DNA of 64,000 bases from Pseudomonadales bacterium (GTDB lineage Bacteria > Patescibacteriota > Microgenomatia > UBA1400 > PJMF01). Under the pieces are notes generated by a model, which saw only the letters and a list, made by a program, of their open reading frames with translations, was not told the DNA's origin and did not search any database. A program made the position numbers and the translations under genes. Location of the stretch: NCBI GenBank assembly GCA_020632255.1, contig JACKFX010000004.1, positions 26,515 to 90,514 of the forward strand, written 5' to 3'. Below, piece by piece: positions 46,130 to 55,864 of the stretch (position 1 is its first letter; the number at the start of each line of letters is the position of its first letter).

Positions 46130-47338
46130 TTATTCTAAAACAACTTTAAAGAATCGGCGCTTTCCCACGCGGATAATCTCTAGTGGTTTGCCATTCATCT
46201 CAGTTTCGAGAGTTGCGAACGGATTGTCTGGTTTTTCAGAGTCTTGACCATAAAAGAATTCGACTGCATTTTGATTGATTAACCGACGAATATTACTGGT
46301 ACTCTCTTCCGGTACACAGAGTTTGACCGCATCAAGTACGGAGTTGGCTTCTTCGATGTTTATTTCCTGCATGTCATCCGGCAGTTCCTTATTTTGAACA
46401 GTCCTCTGGAAATGATCTTCAGCAGTTTCCGCATCGGCAGTGGTGTGGTACATCTCAGTCACCGTGAAGGCTAAACGTTTTTTGTACTCCATTGGGTTTT
46501 CGCCCCCGGCAATGGCATGTGCCATTTCGGAAATTTCGTCGTCAGCAACATCAGTCAGAACGGTAAAGTACTCGATAATCATTTCGTCAGCCACTGACAT
46601 GAGCTTGCCATACATGTCATTTGGTTCTTCTGTCAGAGCAATAAAGTTGCCATATGACTTACTCATTTTGCGACCATCAGTTCCGTTAATGATTGGTGTG
46701 GTGAGGACCCACTTTTCTTTATTGTTGTACTGTTTCTGAAGGCTGCGTCCCATCATCATGTTGAAGGTTTGGTCGGTGCCGCCAATCTCGAGATCGACAT
46801 CCATGGCTACTGAGTCGTAACCTTGCAACAGTGGGTACATAATTTCATGGCCATGTATGGGGCGACCAGCTTTGAGGCGATCCTGGAACATGTCACGCTC
46901 CATGAGTTGCTGCACCGTGGTTTTGGCCATTAACTTCACCATATCGCTGTAGGTGAGTTCATCGAGCCAATCTCCATTGTGTTTGATCTCGATTTTTTCG
47001 AAATCGAGGATCTTGCTGGCCTGTTGTTTCCAGGTTTTGAAGTTAGCTTCTATTTCTTTGTCAGTCAGCTCTGGGCGTGTGCTGTCTTTTCCGGTTGGAT
47101 CACCAATCTTAACTGTGCCATTTCCGATTAAGAGGATTACTTCATGGCCAAGATCGGCAAACTGCTGGAGCTTTCGAAGCACCACGCTATGTCCGAGGGT
47201 CAACAGTGAACCAGTTGGGTCAATTCCGAGGTAGACACGGACTTTTCTCTTTTCCATGAGTTCTTTGAGTGTTTTTTTGTCCGGTAGTACCTCGGCCACT
47301 CCCCTTTTGAGGACAGTGTCTATATCTGGTTTTTTCAT
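46130..47338 (-). CDS. tyrS: Tyrosyl-tRNA synthetase. The ORF extends to 47401; the likely start is MKKPDIDTVL at 47338.
   Basis: Class I HIGH-like motif (LTLGHSV), the KMSKS motif (KMSKSYGN) and a C-terminal S4-like domain. Confidence 0.88.
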   Translation of the reverse strand: MKKPDIDTVLKRGVAEVLPDKKTLKELMEKRKVRVYLGIDPTGSLLTLGHSVVLRKLQQFADLGHEVILLIGNGTVKIGDPTGKDSTRPELTDKEIEANFKTWKQQASKILDFEKIEIKHNGDWLDELTYSDMVKLMAKTTVQQLMERDMFQDRLKAGRPIHGHEIMYPLLQGYDSVAMDVDLEIGGTDQTFNMMMGRSLQKQYNNKEKWVLTTPIINGTDGRKMSKSYGNFIALTEEPNDMYGKLMSVADEMIIEYFTVLTDVADDEISEMAHAIAGGENPMEYKKRLAFTVTEMYHTTADAETAEDHFQRTVQNKELPDDMQEINIEEANSVLDAVKLCVPEESTSNIRRLINQNAVEFFYGQDSEKPDNPFATLETEMNGKPLEIIRVGKRRFFKVVLE

Positions 47339-47378
47339 ATGTTTTGTATGCTTTCTAAAATATTGTATCAAAGTGTGA

Positions 47379-47651
47379 TTATTTTTGGACGTCTCGGGCA
47401 CCTTTTATAATAGCGCGGAAGACGTCCTCGATATACTCTGGATCGACACCATACAACGTAGCATCATTTCGAACTTGAGTAAGCATCAAGTGTTCGCGCT
47501 CTGGGTCTCGGATTTCAATCTGTTCTTGTTTTTTTAGCTCACCAATTTGTTTAACTATAGCAGTGCGTTTGGCGATTCTTTGTACAATTTCGGTGTTGAG
47601 TGCATCGATTTCGGTTCGCTTTTCTTCAATTTTTGTAGTTATTTCTGACAT
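47379..47651 (-). CDS. Chorismate mutase, AroQ class (monofunctional, 90 aa)
   Basis: RTEIDALNTEIVQRIAKRTAIVKQIGELK…DPEREHLML fits the CM_2 helical-bundle pattern. An AGGAG ribosome-binding site lies 6 nt upstream of the ATG. Confidence 0.6.
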   Translation of the reverse strand: MSEITTKIEEKRTEIDALNTEIVQRIAKRTAIVKQIGELKKQEQIEIRDPEREHLMLTQVRNDATLYGVDPEYIEDVFRAIIKGARDVQK

Positions 47652-47683
47652 ATTCTCCTTTTTTTGCTTTTTTTACGAAAAAA

Positions 47684-47698
47684 GCCCCTCTTTGGGGC
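47684..47698 (-). terminator. Hairpin GCCCC-tcttt-GGGGC followed on the minus strand by TTTTTTCG. It lies immediately upstream of the chorismate mutase ribosome-binding site.
   Basis: Read directly. Could be a second terminator for the upstream membrane-protein gene, or the 3' end of a small RNA. Confidence 0.4.
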
Positions 47699-47796
47699 CG
47701 CTTTCACAAACACAACGTGCCCCTCTTATTTGAGTGGGTATGCATAATAGTTGGCACAGATAGCTGTGTGTGTCATATAGAGGTATTGTAGCAAAA

Positions 47797-47819
47797 GCCC
47801 CCTGGGTTTTCCAGGGGGC
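47797..47819 (-). terminator. Rho-independent terminator for the 47955..49445 gene
   Basis: GCCCCCTGG-gttttc-CCAGGGGGC hairpin, followed on the minus strand by CTTTTGCT. Confidence 0.5.
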
Positions 47820-47954
47820 TATGGTGGTTAGTGTAGGTCTCTAGCTCTCAGTGAGCATGGACCTTAGACTAAGACACATATATGTTGAATATTATTCTGC
47901 GAAAAAAATGTCAAAAAATCTAATACGGCAAATATGATGACAAATCAATTAAAA

Positions 47955-49445
47955 CTACTGAAAAACACTGCGATTGGAGAATAACTTTTCCACATCAATA
48001 GTGGCACTTTGTGTAGCAGTATATATGTAGGTAACATACTCATTAAGCGTAAAGGTATCTGTAAGTTCAAGATTTTCAATTTCGTATGGAGAAATCACCG
48101 TTGCCCCCTGCTCTACAGAAAAATGAGTGGGAGTAGTAACAACAGTTGCAGTTTTGCACAAGTAATCGAGTGAGTGTGCCCCCCAATTGCGGGTGTGAAC
48201 GTGATATATCAAATTAGTATTTGGTCGGCAGTAGTTCGCACTATCTCCCGTCCAGCCAGCGTAGGTATACAGTGGCTCAGGACTGGCAGTTTCAGCCTTC
48301 AACCGAGAAATGCTTGTAGCGAGTGCACCAAGGATGACAATGCTTCCAAGCACAGCTCCAGCCACGCGGAGCCAAGGCTTCATTTTTGTCGGAGCAAACT
48401 TTTGGCAAAGTATTCCAACCATGAAGGCAGTCAATATAATAAACGGAAAGCTTAAGCCCACAAATCTAGAGGGAATGTGAGGCACGATAAAGTAATGGGA
48501 CTCACTAAACAGTAAACCTGCTAAGTACAGTGCCCCGCTTCCGAAAGTAAGCATGGCAGTAACCTTGTGGAAGGCGGTTGTTTTTATCTTGCTGCCAAGA
48601 CCAAGTAAAAAAGCGGCTACAGTAGCTAGTCCTGCCCCAAACATAATTTCTTGCGCGTATCTTACTGCAATTTCTGAAGCACTGCGAAGTTGTGCATCTC
48701 TCAACGGGAAAAAGGAACCAATCAATACTTTAGTGCGGAACAGGTACAGCCCAATGGGGACCCACACGGTTGCTAGTATAAGTAGTACTAACCAAGGTGA
48801 GTAAGTTGGTTTTTTTGCTTTCTTGAGATCAAGCAGTAGTTTTAAGAAGATCCAGCCAGAAAACCACAGCGTTACCAGTGCTCCAAGCCAGCGGCTCATG
48901 GGTAGGAGTGCGGCTACAATCAGCCACAAAACTAACCATTTTTCTTGAGATGTTTTCCAAAATTGTACCGTTGCATATAGTGTCGCCAGCCAAAGAAGGA
49001 GTGTCAGTGGTTCAGAAATATACGACTGTAGTACCAACGTTAGTGGTCCAGTAATACAGAGTGTCACGAGTGCAAGTGCTTGGCCTTTTTTAATTCCCAT
49101 TTGATGCACAAAAAGTGTTGCCAACAGTATGTACACACTTAGTGTTGCGCTCACCCACAGTGAGGCAAGTAAAAATGGAGAAATCGGTAGATGGTTGGCA
49201 ACGTTATACAAAAGTGCAAAAAGTGGGGGCCATAAGCCATCATGTTGAATAAATGTTGTGAGTGGACTGCCCATAGAACCAAACTGCATGTATGTAACGG
49301 TATCTCCCAAGAAGTACACACCTAAGAAAGAGATCGTGATAAGACTCAAAATGAAAGCTAGAGCGCTAAAAGTGAAAACTTTCGAAAGGTACTGTGAGAC
49401 TTTTTGCATATTTTTCATTTTACCACTCCTCTCCTTCAGAAACAT
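47955..49445 (-). CDS. Polytopic membrane protein, possibly a GT-C-type glycosyltransferase (ArnT/PMT-like)
   Basis: About 11 to 13 transmembrane helices, followed by a C-terminal soluble domain of about 110 aa. No motif confirmed. Confidence 0.4.
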   Translation of the reverse strand: MFLKERSGKMKNMQKVSQYLSKVFTFSALAFILSLITISFLGVYFLGDTVTYMQFGSMGSPLTTFIQHDGLWPPLFALLYNVANHLPISPFLLASLWVSATLSVYILLATLFVHQMGIKKGQALALVTLCITGPLTLVLQSYISEPLTLLLWLATLYATVQFWKTSQEKWLVLWLIVAALLPMSRWLGALVTLWFSGWIFLKLLLDLKKAKKPTYSPWLVLLILATVWVPIGLYLFRTKVLIGSFFPLRDAQLRSASEIAVRYAQEIMFGAGLATVAAFLLGLGSKIKTTAFHKVTAMLTFGSGALYLAGLLFSESHYFIVPHIPSRFVGLSFPFIILTAFMVGILCQKFAPTKMKPWLRVAGAVLGSIVILGALATSISRLKAETASPEPLYTYAGWTGDSANYCRPNTNLIYHVHTRNWGAHSLDYLCKTATVVTTPTHFSVEQGATVISPYEIENLELTDTFTLNEYVTYIYTATQSATIDVEKLFSNRSVFQ

Positions 49446-49520
49446 GACATTTCCTAATCCGACTTTCTAAGTATCGGAGAATTTTTTTGACTACACTCAG
49501 AAAATGCTCAGAGATGTAGT

Positions 49521-51305
49521 ATGCTATCTACAACCATGAAAAAACTTTTCTTCGCTCTTGCGGTATTTATTTTGGGAATGTTTAGGATAGTGTTGCCTGT
49601 TCAAGCTCAAACTCAACTCACCGAAGAAATTCCTTCATTCAACTCTGACATTACCATTAACCAAGATACTTCAATTAAGATCCGAGAAGAAATCCAGTAC
49701 ACCACGACCCTCAGTAAGCACGGTATCTATCGTTACATTCCGGTTAGTTACAACAAGGATGGCGTCAAAGAGACGCTGCGAATCTCGAAAATTTCAGTGC
49801 AAGACAAGCAGGGCCGCTCTATCCAGTACACCCGTTTTATGGATGGTCCCTATCTGACGCTCAAAATTGGTGACCCGGATGTCACTTTTACGGGCGACAA
49901 AACCTACGTGATTACCTACACTGTCGAACGCGCAATTAATCAACTTGAGGACCACGTCGAACTGTACTGGGATATCACTGGAGAGGGTTGGAAGATACCA
50001 ATCTCCTCAACAACTGCCACTATTCACTCTGAGTTTGCCCCTATTACCGAGGTAGCTTGTTTTAGTGGGCAGTATGGCACTGATGATGGACTTTGTGAAA
50101 CTTCGTATCAAGAAAACACCGCTACTTTTTCCTATTCGGAAACAATCAACTATGGTGACAACCTTACCTTGGCTATCAAGTTTCCTTTAGAAAGTAGTTT
50201 GCAGTTCCCCACTCAGTCTGATCTTATGATGCTCTGGCTCAAGCATAACTGGCCACTCTTGTTGATTCCTCTCCCTTTGTTGGGAATTATCTTGATGTGG
50301 AACAAAAAAGGTCGAGATATTCAGTTTGTTTCTCCAAATGTCTACGACATGAACGTGGATCAGCCAACGCAAAAACGACCGATTTCTCTTAAAGCCCGAG
50401 AACCATTCGTCTACGAGCCACTCAAGGACCTAACTCCTGGAGAAGCCGGGGCACTGATTGATGAGCGCGTAGATACGCAAGATATTATTGCCGAGATTCT
50501 AGAACTGGTTCACAAAAAATATGCTAAGGTTGAAGTGATTGAAAAGAAAAACTTCCTATTTGGTAAGACACGTGATTATCAATTCACGAAACTCAAACCA
50601 GCTGATGCTCAGTTGCCAGAAGTGCAGAAGTACTTGCATGGTGAGTTGTTTAAAAAGAATCCGGTAGTAAAGATATCTGAACTTAAAGGAACGTTCTATC
50701 GTTCTATCTCGGCAGCTCAAGCTCTGATGGAAAAATCACTCACTGCCAAAAAGGTGTATGTCCAAAGCCCTGGTAGGGCACGCGCAATGGGAATTCTCGC
50801 GTATGTTGGCATGGTGGGCATTGCTGTTTTCGCTATCGTGACAGTCTTTTTTCCACTCAATATCATTTGGCCTTTGCCTGTGCTTCTTATTCAAGTTCCA
50901 TTCGGCATGATGATTGCTTACAACATGACACAGAAGTCAGCTGTTGGCACAAATCTGTGGCTACAAGCGAGAGGTCTTCGAAAAACTATCACCTACGGCA
51001 AGTGGCGTGAGGAAATTAAAGAAAAACAGCTCTTTATTGAAGAAGTGCTCCCCTTTGCGGTGGCACTTGGTGTGGTTGACCGTCTTGCCAAAGATATGGA
51101 TGAGCTTGGTTTAGAGCCACCAGATTATTTGAACTCAGCTGCCCTTACAACTTGGAATACTTCTCAATTTGTTCGTGGTTTTAGCCAAGAAATGGGTTCA
51201 AGTTTGTCATACAATCCGTCTTCTAGTTCGAGCAGTGGATCTGGTTTTAGTGGCGGTGGGTCTTCTGGCGGCGGCGGTGGTGGAGGAGGAGGTGGCAGCT
51301 GGTAA
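49521..51305 (+). CDS. DUF2207-family membrane protein with a Gly-rich C-terminal tail
   Basis: The signal peptide, extracellular domain, transmembrane segments and a terminal …SGSGFSGGGSSGGGGGGGGGGSW tail are characteristic of DUF2207 proteins. Confidence 0.6.
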   Translation: MLSTTMKKLFFALAVFILGMFRIVLPVQAQTQLTEEIPSFNSDITINQDTSIKIREEIQYTTTLSKHGIYRYIPVSYNKDGVKETLRISKISVQDKQGRSIQYTRFMDGPYLTLKIGDPDVTFTGDKTYVITYTVERAINQLEDHVELYWDITGEGWKIPISSTTATIHSEFAPITEVACFSGQYGTDDGLCETSYQENTATFSYSETINYGDNLTLAIKFPLESSLQFPTQSDLMMLWLKHNWPLLLIPLPLLGIILMWNKKGRDIQFVSPNVYDMNVDQPTQKRPISLKAREPFVYEPLKDLTPGEAGALIDERVDTQDIIAEILELVHKKYAKVEVIEKKNFLFGKTRDYQFTKLKPADAQLPEVQKYLHGELFKKNPVVKISELKGTFYRSISAAQALMEKSLTAKKVYVQSPGRARAMGILAYVGMVGIAVFAIVTVFFPLNIIWPLPVLLIQVPFGMMIAYNMTQKSAVGTNLWLQARGLRKTITYGKWREEIKEKQLFIEEVLPFAVALGVVDRLAKDMDELGLEPPDYLNSAALTTWNTSQFVRGFSQEMGSSLSYNPSSSSSSGSGFSGGGSSGGGGGGGGGGSW

Positions 51306-51382
51306 CTTTTTCCGTTTCAATTTTTCAGTAGTTTGACATCCCTGTTTAGTATGCATATTTGTGTTATACTCCATCCATCAAA

Positions 51383-52807
51383 ATGCCACTATCCAAAGAG
51401 CAAATTACCACTATTCGAAAACAAGAATACGAACCATTTAGACAAAAACTCGATGTTGTCGAAAATATCATCACTGCCGATCATGAGAGTTGGTGGTTTC
51501 GTACGATGCTCTTTTTACGACGCTTGCAGCGATCATTAGAGCAACATCCAGAGGAGTATACAGAGGGTATTCATCAGTACGCAACACAGTTGGTTGCACA
51601 AATTATTGCCGAACTAGCAACTGAAGTGGATAAAGAAGGTGATTCTGTATTGAGAGCACATGAAGCAATTCTTCGGATTTCAGAGGGAGTTCCGGTTGGT
51701 CAACAGATTGAAATTCCACGTGTTCGTGTCCGATCAATGTCGTTATCTACGTTGGCACAAAAATCTGACAAGGTTTCAATTATTACTATGGAAACCAAAA
51801 CAGGAGAGCGCAGAGGCCTTCGTATTCTTGACTCCGAAGGACAACCACATGACTTTCCACTTCCCGAAATTGATGGTATCTACCATAAAGGGGGTATTAG
51901 CCGTGTGATAGTGAAGCTGATTGCAGATGTTGATTCAGCTTTACTAGATGCCGAGTTGCCTCCAAATGACTTTGATATTATTGCTGACTCTGCCCTTCCA
52001 ACTCACCTTATCGAGACTGAGGCTGCAGCAATGCAGGTTGACCCTGATGGGATTGAGTATGTTTCCTCTCTGAATTTTGAACGTCTCTTTGTTGAGCGGG
52101 ATCTCAACATTAACATGGTGTTTGTGGGTGCAGATACAGTGTACTTTGCAGAGGAGGCAATAGAAGCTGCCCGTACAGGGTTACTGCAAGTGATGTCTGC
52201 TCACCGCGGCATTTATGGTACCGAAGTCTTTGTGTATGATGATCAAGTTTTGCTTAAAAATCGTGGCTTGATGAGACTCTTTAAAACTGTTGCCGAAGGT
52301 AAAGCGACGCATTTCGAATTTACCAAGTTAAATGAGAATATTTCATTTGGGATTTATTGGTTAGTGCTTTTTAGAAAATTTGCTACTAAGGATAATGCAG
52401 CGCTCTATCTTGATAGACTTTTTGAGCTTGCCAAGCAAACGAACATGCTACCAGAAGGCACGAGCAATATCATTGAAGTCCTTGATGCTTCTCATGCTAA
52501 GTATCCCTTTTTTGACTTCGATGCTAGTGGTCTTGACAAAGTCGGTGTGGTGAGGTGGCTGGGAAATAAACTGCTACGACAGGTTGATGCCTCGTATCGA
52601 CATAACAACCGCATTCCGAATGAGTTGGTCATAGATCGTACTAAAGGTGATGATGTTCCTTACAGAGTTGATCTTGATAACTACGTTGCCGACCCCCAAA
52701 AACTTGCCTGGATTTCCTCAGAAATCCCTCGCTTCTATGAACGCAGTCGTCAGCGAACCCGCGCCTATAAGGAAGCGAGTAACGATGCGGTGTTTGACGA
52801 GGACTAG
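51383..52807 (+). CDS. Hypothetical protein. The ORF opens at 51359; the likely start is the Met at 51383.
   Basis: 474 aa, soluble. No family recognised. Confidence 0.45.
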   Translation: MPLSKEQITTIRKQEYEPFRQKLDVVENIITADHESWWFRTMLFLRRLQRSLEQHPEEYTEGIHQYATQLVAQIIAELATEVDKEGDSVLRAHEAILRISEGVPVGQQIEIPRVRVRSMSLSTLAQKSDKVSIITMETKTGERRGLRILDSEGQPHDFPLPEIDGIYHKGGISRVIVKLIADVDSALLDAELPPNDFDIIADSALPTHLIETEAAAMQVDPDGIEYVSSLNFERLFVERDLNINMVFVGADTVYFAEEAIEAARTGLLQVMSAHRGIYGTEVFVYDDQVLLKNRGLMRLFKTVAEGKATHFEFTKLNENISFGIYWLVLFRKFATKDNAALYLDRLFELAKQTNMLPEGTSNIIEVLDASHAKYPFFDFDASGLDKVGVVRWLGNKLLRQVDASYRHNNRIPNELVIDRTKGDDVPYRVDLDNYVADPQKLAWISSEIPRFYERSRQRTRAYKEASNDAVFDED

Positions 52808-52852
52808 CATTTTGTCTGTCACGACATTCCCAAAATGATACAATGCTAGAAT

Positions 52853-55675
52853 ATGAACACTACCGACATAATGGATCGAGTTCGTCAGCTGGCTCAACCA
52901 GTTATAGGTAAACTCACAGAGATCCACACCAAAGTAGTAACACGCTATCCAAAAGTAGCCGAGTATGAACAGCTGCTTTCAGAAAAAGCCAAAGTAGTGT
53001 TTAATGAGGCCACTATGCGACTCCGACGACGTTCACGCCGTGCCCATTCCAGATTGGGCAACGGCAGAACCCCAGAACAAAAGAAACTTTTATACTTCAA
53101 GTTAATGCGCTATGGTGCAGTTGCAACTGTGATTGGTGTGTTTGTGATGATTATTGGTTTTTTTGCCGCTGTAGCATGGTTCAGCCGTGAGTTGCCAAAG
53201 CCTGGCGAGGTTGTTCGACGTGAAGGTTTTAGCACCAAGATTTATGATCGAAATGGTGAGCTTTTGTACGATCTTTTTGATGACGAACGTCGTAACCCAG
53301 TCACAACAGAAGAACTTCCTGAGCATCTTAAACAGGCGGTGGTAGCGATTGAGGATAAGGATTTCTACAAACACGGAGGTTTTGACTTCATGACGGTGCT
53401 ACGTATTCCTTACAACGTGATTTTCCGTCAACGTGTAGTTGGTGGTTCGACCCTTACTCAGCAGTTAGTTAAGAATGCTCTGCTGACCAACGAACGAAGT
53501 ATTTCCCGTAAGTTTAAAGAGCTGGTGCTCTCACTTCAGCTTGAGCGTATTTTTACCAAAGATGAAATTCTGACAATGTACCTTAATGAGGCTCCCTATG
53601 GAGGAACTGCTTGGGGTGTAGGCACTGCTGCCGAAGTGTATTTCAACAAGGACGTTAAGGATTTGACGCTGGTGGAGTCTGCCATTTTGGCTGGACTACC
53701 ACAGCGACCGAGTGCGTATTCGCCATATTTTGGAAAAACCGATGATGATGGCGAACCACTTTGGAAAATTCGTACCCGTGGAGTGCTGATTCGTATGAAA
53801 GAAGACGGTTACATCTCTGATTTAGCTTATGAAGAGGCCGTGGGTCAGATTGACTCTGTTGAGTTCGAACGCGCTGCCCTAGATATAAAAGCACCTCACT
53901 TTGTTTTCTATGTGCAAGATCAACTGGAAGAAATGTTTGGTGAAGAAGTAGTGCAATCCGGGGGTTTTACTGTGACCACATCTCTCGATTGGGAACTCCA
54001 GGAGCAAGCCCAACAGATTGTGAAGGAAGAGGTAGAAGAGGTGGAAGACTTGAATATTACCAATGGTGCCGCCTTGGTGATCCATCCACAAACCGGCGAG
54101 ATCATTGCCTTGGTTGGTAGTCGGGATTATAGCAATAGTGATATAGGTGGTCAGTTTAATGTGGTGGTGGATGGTCTGCGTCAACCAGGTTCATCGATTA
54201 AGCCACTTACCTACTTAACGCTCTTTAAGCAAGGGTATAGTCCTTCAAGCATTTTGGTTGATGTGCCTACGACCTTCCAACAGAATGATAACATCGATCC
54301 GTATGAGCCAAAAAACTACGATGGCAAGTTTAGAGGTCCTGTTTCTGTTCGAAACAGCTTAGGCAGTTCGCTCAATATCCCTGCTGTTAAGGCTCTGGCA
54401 ATTGTGGGAGTAGATAACTTCCTCCAGCAAGCGTACGACATGGGCTTGGTAACACTTGAGCCAACGGAAGAAAACCTCAAGCGCTTTGGTTTAGCTGCCA
54501 CATTGGGTGGTGCCGACGTGCACATGATCGAGCTGGTGTCAGCCTACAGTGCTTTTGCTAATGGGGGAATGCGGGTGGATCCTGTTTCAATTTTGAAAGT
54601 TGAAGATGCCAATGGAAATGTAGTGTATGAACATCGTCAAGCAAAAGGCCAACAGGTTATGACGGAGCAAGAAGCTTTCCTGATTAACAATATTCTTTCT
54701 GATAACACAGCTCGCTATATTGCTTTTGGTGGAAACTCGCTGCTTAATGTCAATGCAGGCGTGGCTGTCAAAACAGGTACTACCAATGATCAGCGTGATA
54801 ACTGGGCCATTGGGTGGTCACGAGACATAATAGTGGGAACTTGGGTTGGAAATAACGACAACAGCAAGATGAAGTCTGTGGCATCAGGTGTGTCTGGTGC
54901 GTCTCCAATTTGGCGTCGTATCATTATGGCCGCTCTCGAAAAAGAAGAGTATGAATCTCCTGTGTGGGAGATGCCAGCAGGTGTTGAAAAAATTGCGGTT
55001 GATCAGATTTCAGGCTATCCAGCGCACGACGAATTTCCACAGAAAGAAGACTATTTTATTACCGGCACGGTTCCTACGATTCCGGATCCAATTCATCGCT
55101 ATGTTGAACTCTGTAAGGGTGAGCGCAAACTTGCTACAGACGCGCGCATCCGTAAAGGGGACTACGACAAAGAAGAGTTTATTGTTTTACAAGTTGAAGA
55201 TCCATACAGCGAAGACGGCAAGAATCGTTGGCAAGAAGGCATCAATGCTTGGATAGAAGGCCAAGAGGATAGCCGTTATAAGGTGCCAACCGAGTACTGC
55301 GGTGATAACTCTGAGGTGTACTTAAATCTTCAGGATCCAGATAATGAAACGACCTACCAAGAGACAAAGATTCCCCTTAAATTTGAGTCAGAATCAGGTG
55401 ATGGTATCGAAAAAGTTGAGATCTACGTAAACGGTGAACTCCGTGAAACTATCACTGAGCGTCGCTATGAAGGCGACCTCAACTTACCAGCTGGCCGCTA
55501 TGAAATTCAGGCAAAAGCCTACAGCAACTCTGGTCAAAAAACTGAGTCTGGGAAGCATCGTATAGGTACTGGAGGTGTAGATTGGGATGAGCCAGAACCC
55601 TCGCCCTCTCCGAGCCCGTCCCCTTCTCCTTCACCAAGTCCGAGTCCGTCACCTTTGGTGATTGAGGTGCCGTAA
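52853..55675 (+). CDS. Class A penicillin-binding protein (glycosyltransferase GT51 plus transpeptidase) with a long C-terminal extension and a (PS)n linker
   Basis: N-terminal transmembrane helix, then the GT51 motifs (AIEDKDFYKHGG, GGSTLTQQLVKN), then the transpeptidase SxxK/SxN/KTG motifs (…VKTGTTND…). Confidence 0.88.
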   Translation: MNTTDIMDRVRQLAQPVIGKLTEIHTKVVTRYPKVAEYEQLLSEKAKVVFNEATMRLRRRSRRAHSRLGNGRTPEQKKLLYFKLMRYGAVATVIGVFVMIIGFFAAVAWFSRELPKPGEVVRREGFSTKIYDRNGELLYDLFDDERRNPVTTEELPEHLKQAVVAIEDKDFYKHGGFDFMTVLRIPYNVIFRQRVVGGSTLTQQLVKNALLTNERSISRKFKELVLSLQLERIFTKDEILTMYLNEAPYGGTAWGVGTAAEVYFNKDVKDLTLVESAILAGLPQRPSAYSPYFGKTDDDGEPLWKIRTRGVLIRMKEDGYISDLAYEEAVGQIDSVEFERAALDIKAPHFVFYVQDQLEEMFGEEVVQSGGFTVTTSLDWELQEQAQQIVKEEVEEVEDLNITNGAALVIHPQTGEIIALVGSRDYSNSDIGGQFNVVVDGLRQPGSSIKPLTYLTLFKQGYSPSSILVDVPTTFQQNDNIDPYEPKNYDGKFRGPVSVRNSLGSSLNIPAVKALAIVGVDNFLQQAYDMGLVTLEPTEENLKRFGLAATLGGADVHMIELVSAYSAFANGGMRVDPVSILKVEDANGNVVYEHRQAKGQQVMTEQEAFLINNILSDNTARYIAFGGNSLLNVNAGVAVKTGTTNDQRDNWAIGWSRDIIVGTWVGNNDNSKMKSVASGVSGASPIWRRIIMAALEKEEYESPVWEMPAGVEKIAVDQISGYPAHDEFPQKEDYFITGTVPTIPDPIHRYVELCKGERKLATDARIRKGDYDKEEFIVLQVEDPYSEDGKNRWQEGINAWIEGQEDSRYKVPTEYCGDNSEVYLNLQDPDNETTYQETKIPLKFESESGDGIEKVEIYVNGELRETITERRYEGDLNLPAGRYEIQAKAYSNSGQKTESGKHRIGTGGVDWDEPEPSPSPSPSPSPSPSPSPSPLVIEVP

Positions 55676-55697
55676 AAATAGTTCAGAGAAGTAAAAA

Positions 55698-55725
55698 GCC
55701 CGGCGATTAGATCGTCGGGCTTTTC
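55698..55725 (+). terminator. Rho-independent terminator after the PBP gene
   Basis: GCCCGGCGA-ttagat-CGTCGGGC hairpin followed by TTTTC. Confidence 0.65.
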
Positions 55726-55864
55726 ATGCTCAGATGGCAATGAGCCGTCTTATACGTAGACCAGGAGCACTAGGTCAGGGTGAGCCTCATACGTGATGTA
55801 GCAAATACCAGCGGCAGCCACTTATGCAGGTAAAAGGAAATAATGAAATCTGCGTGCAATATAT

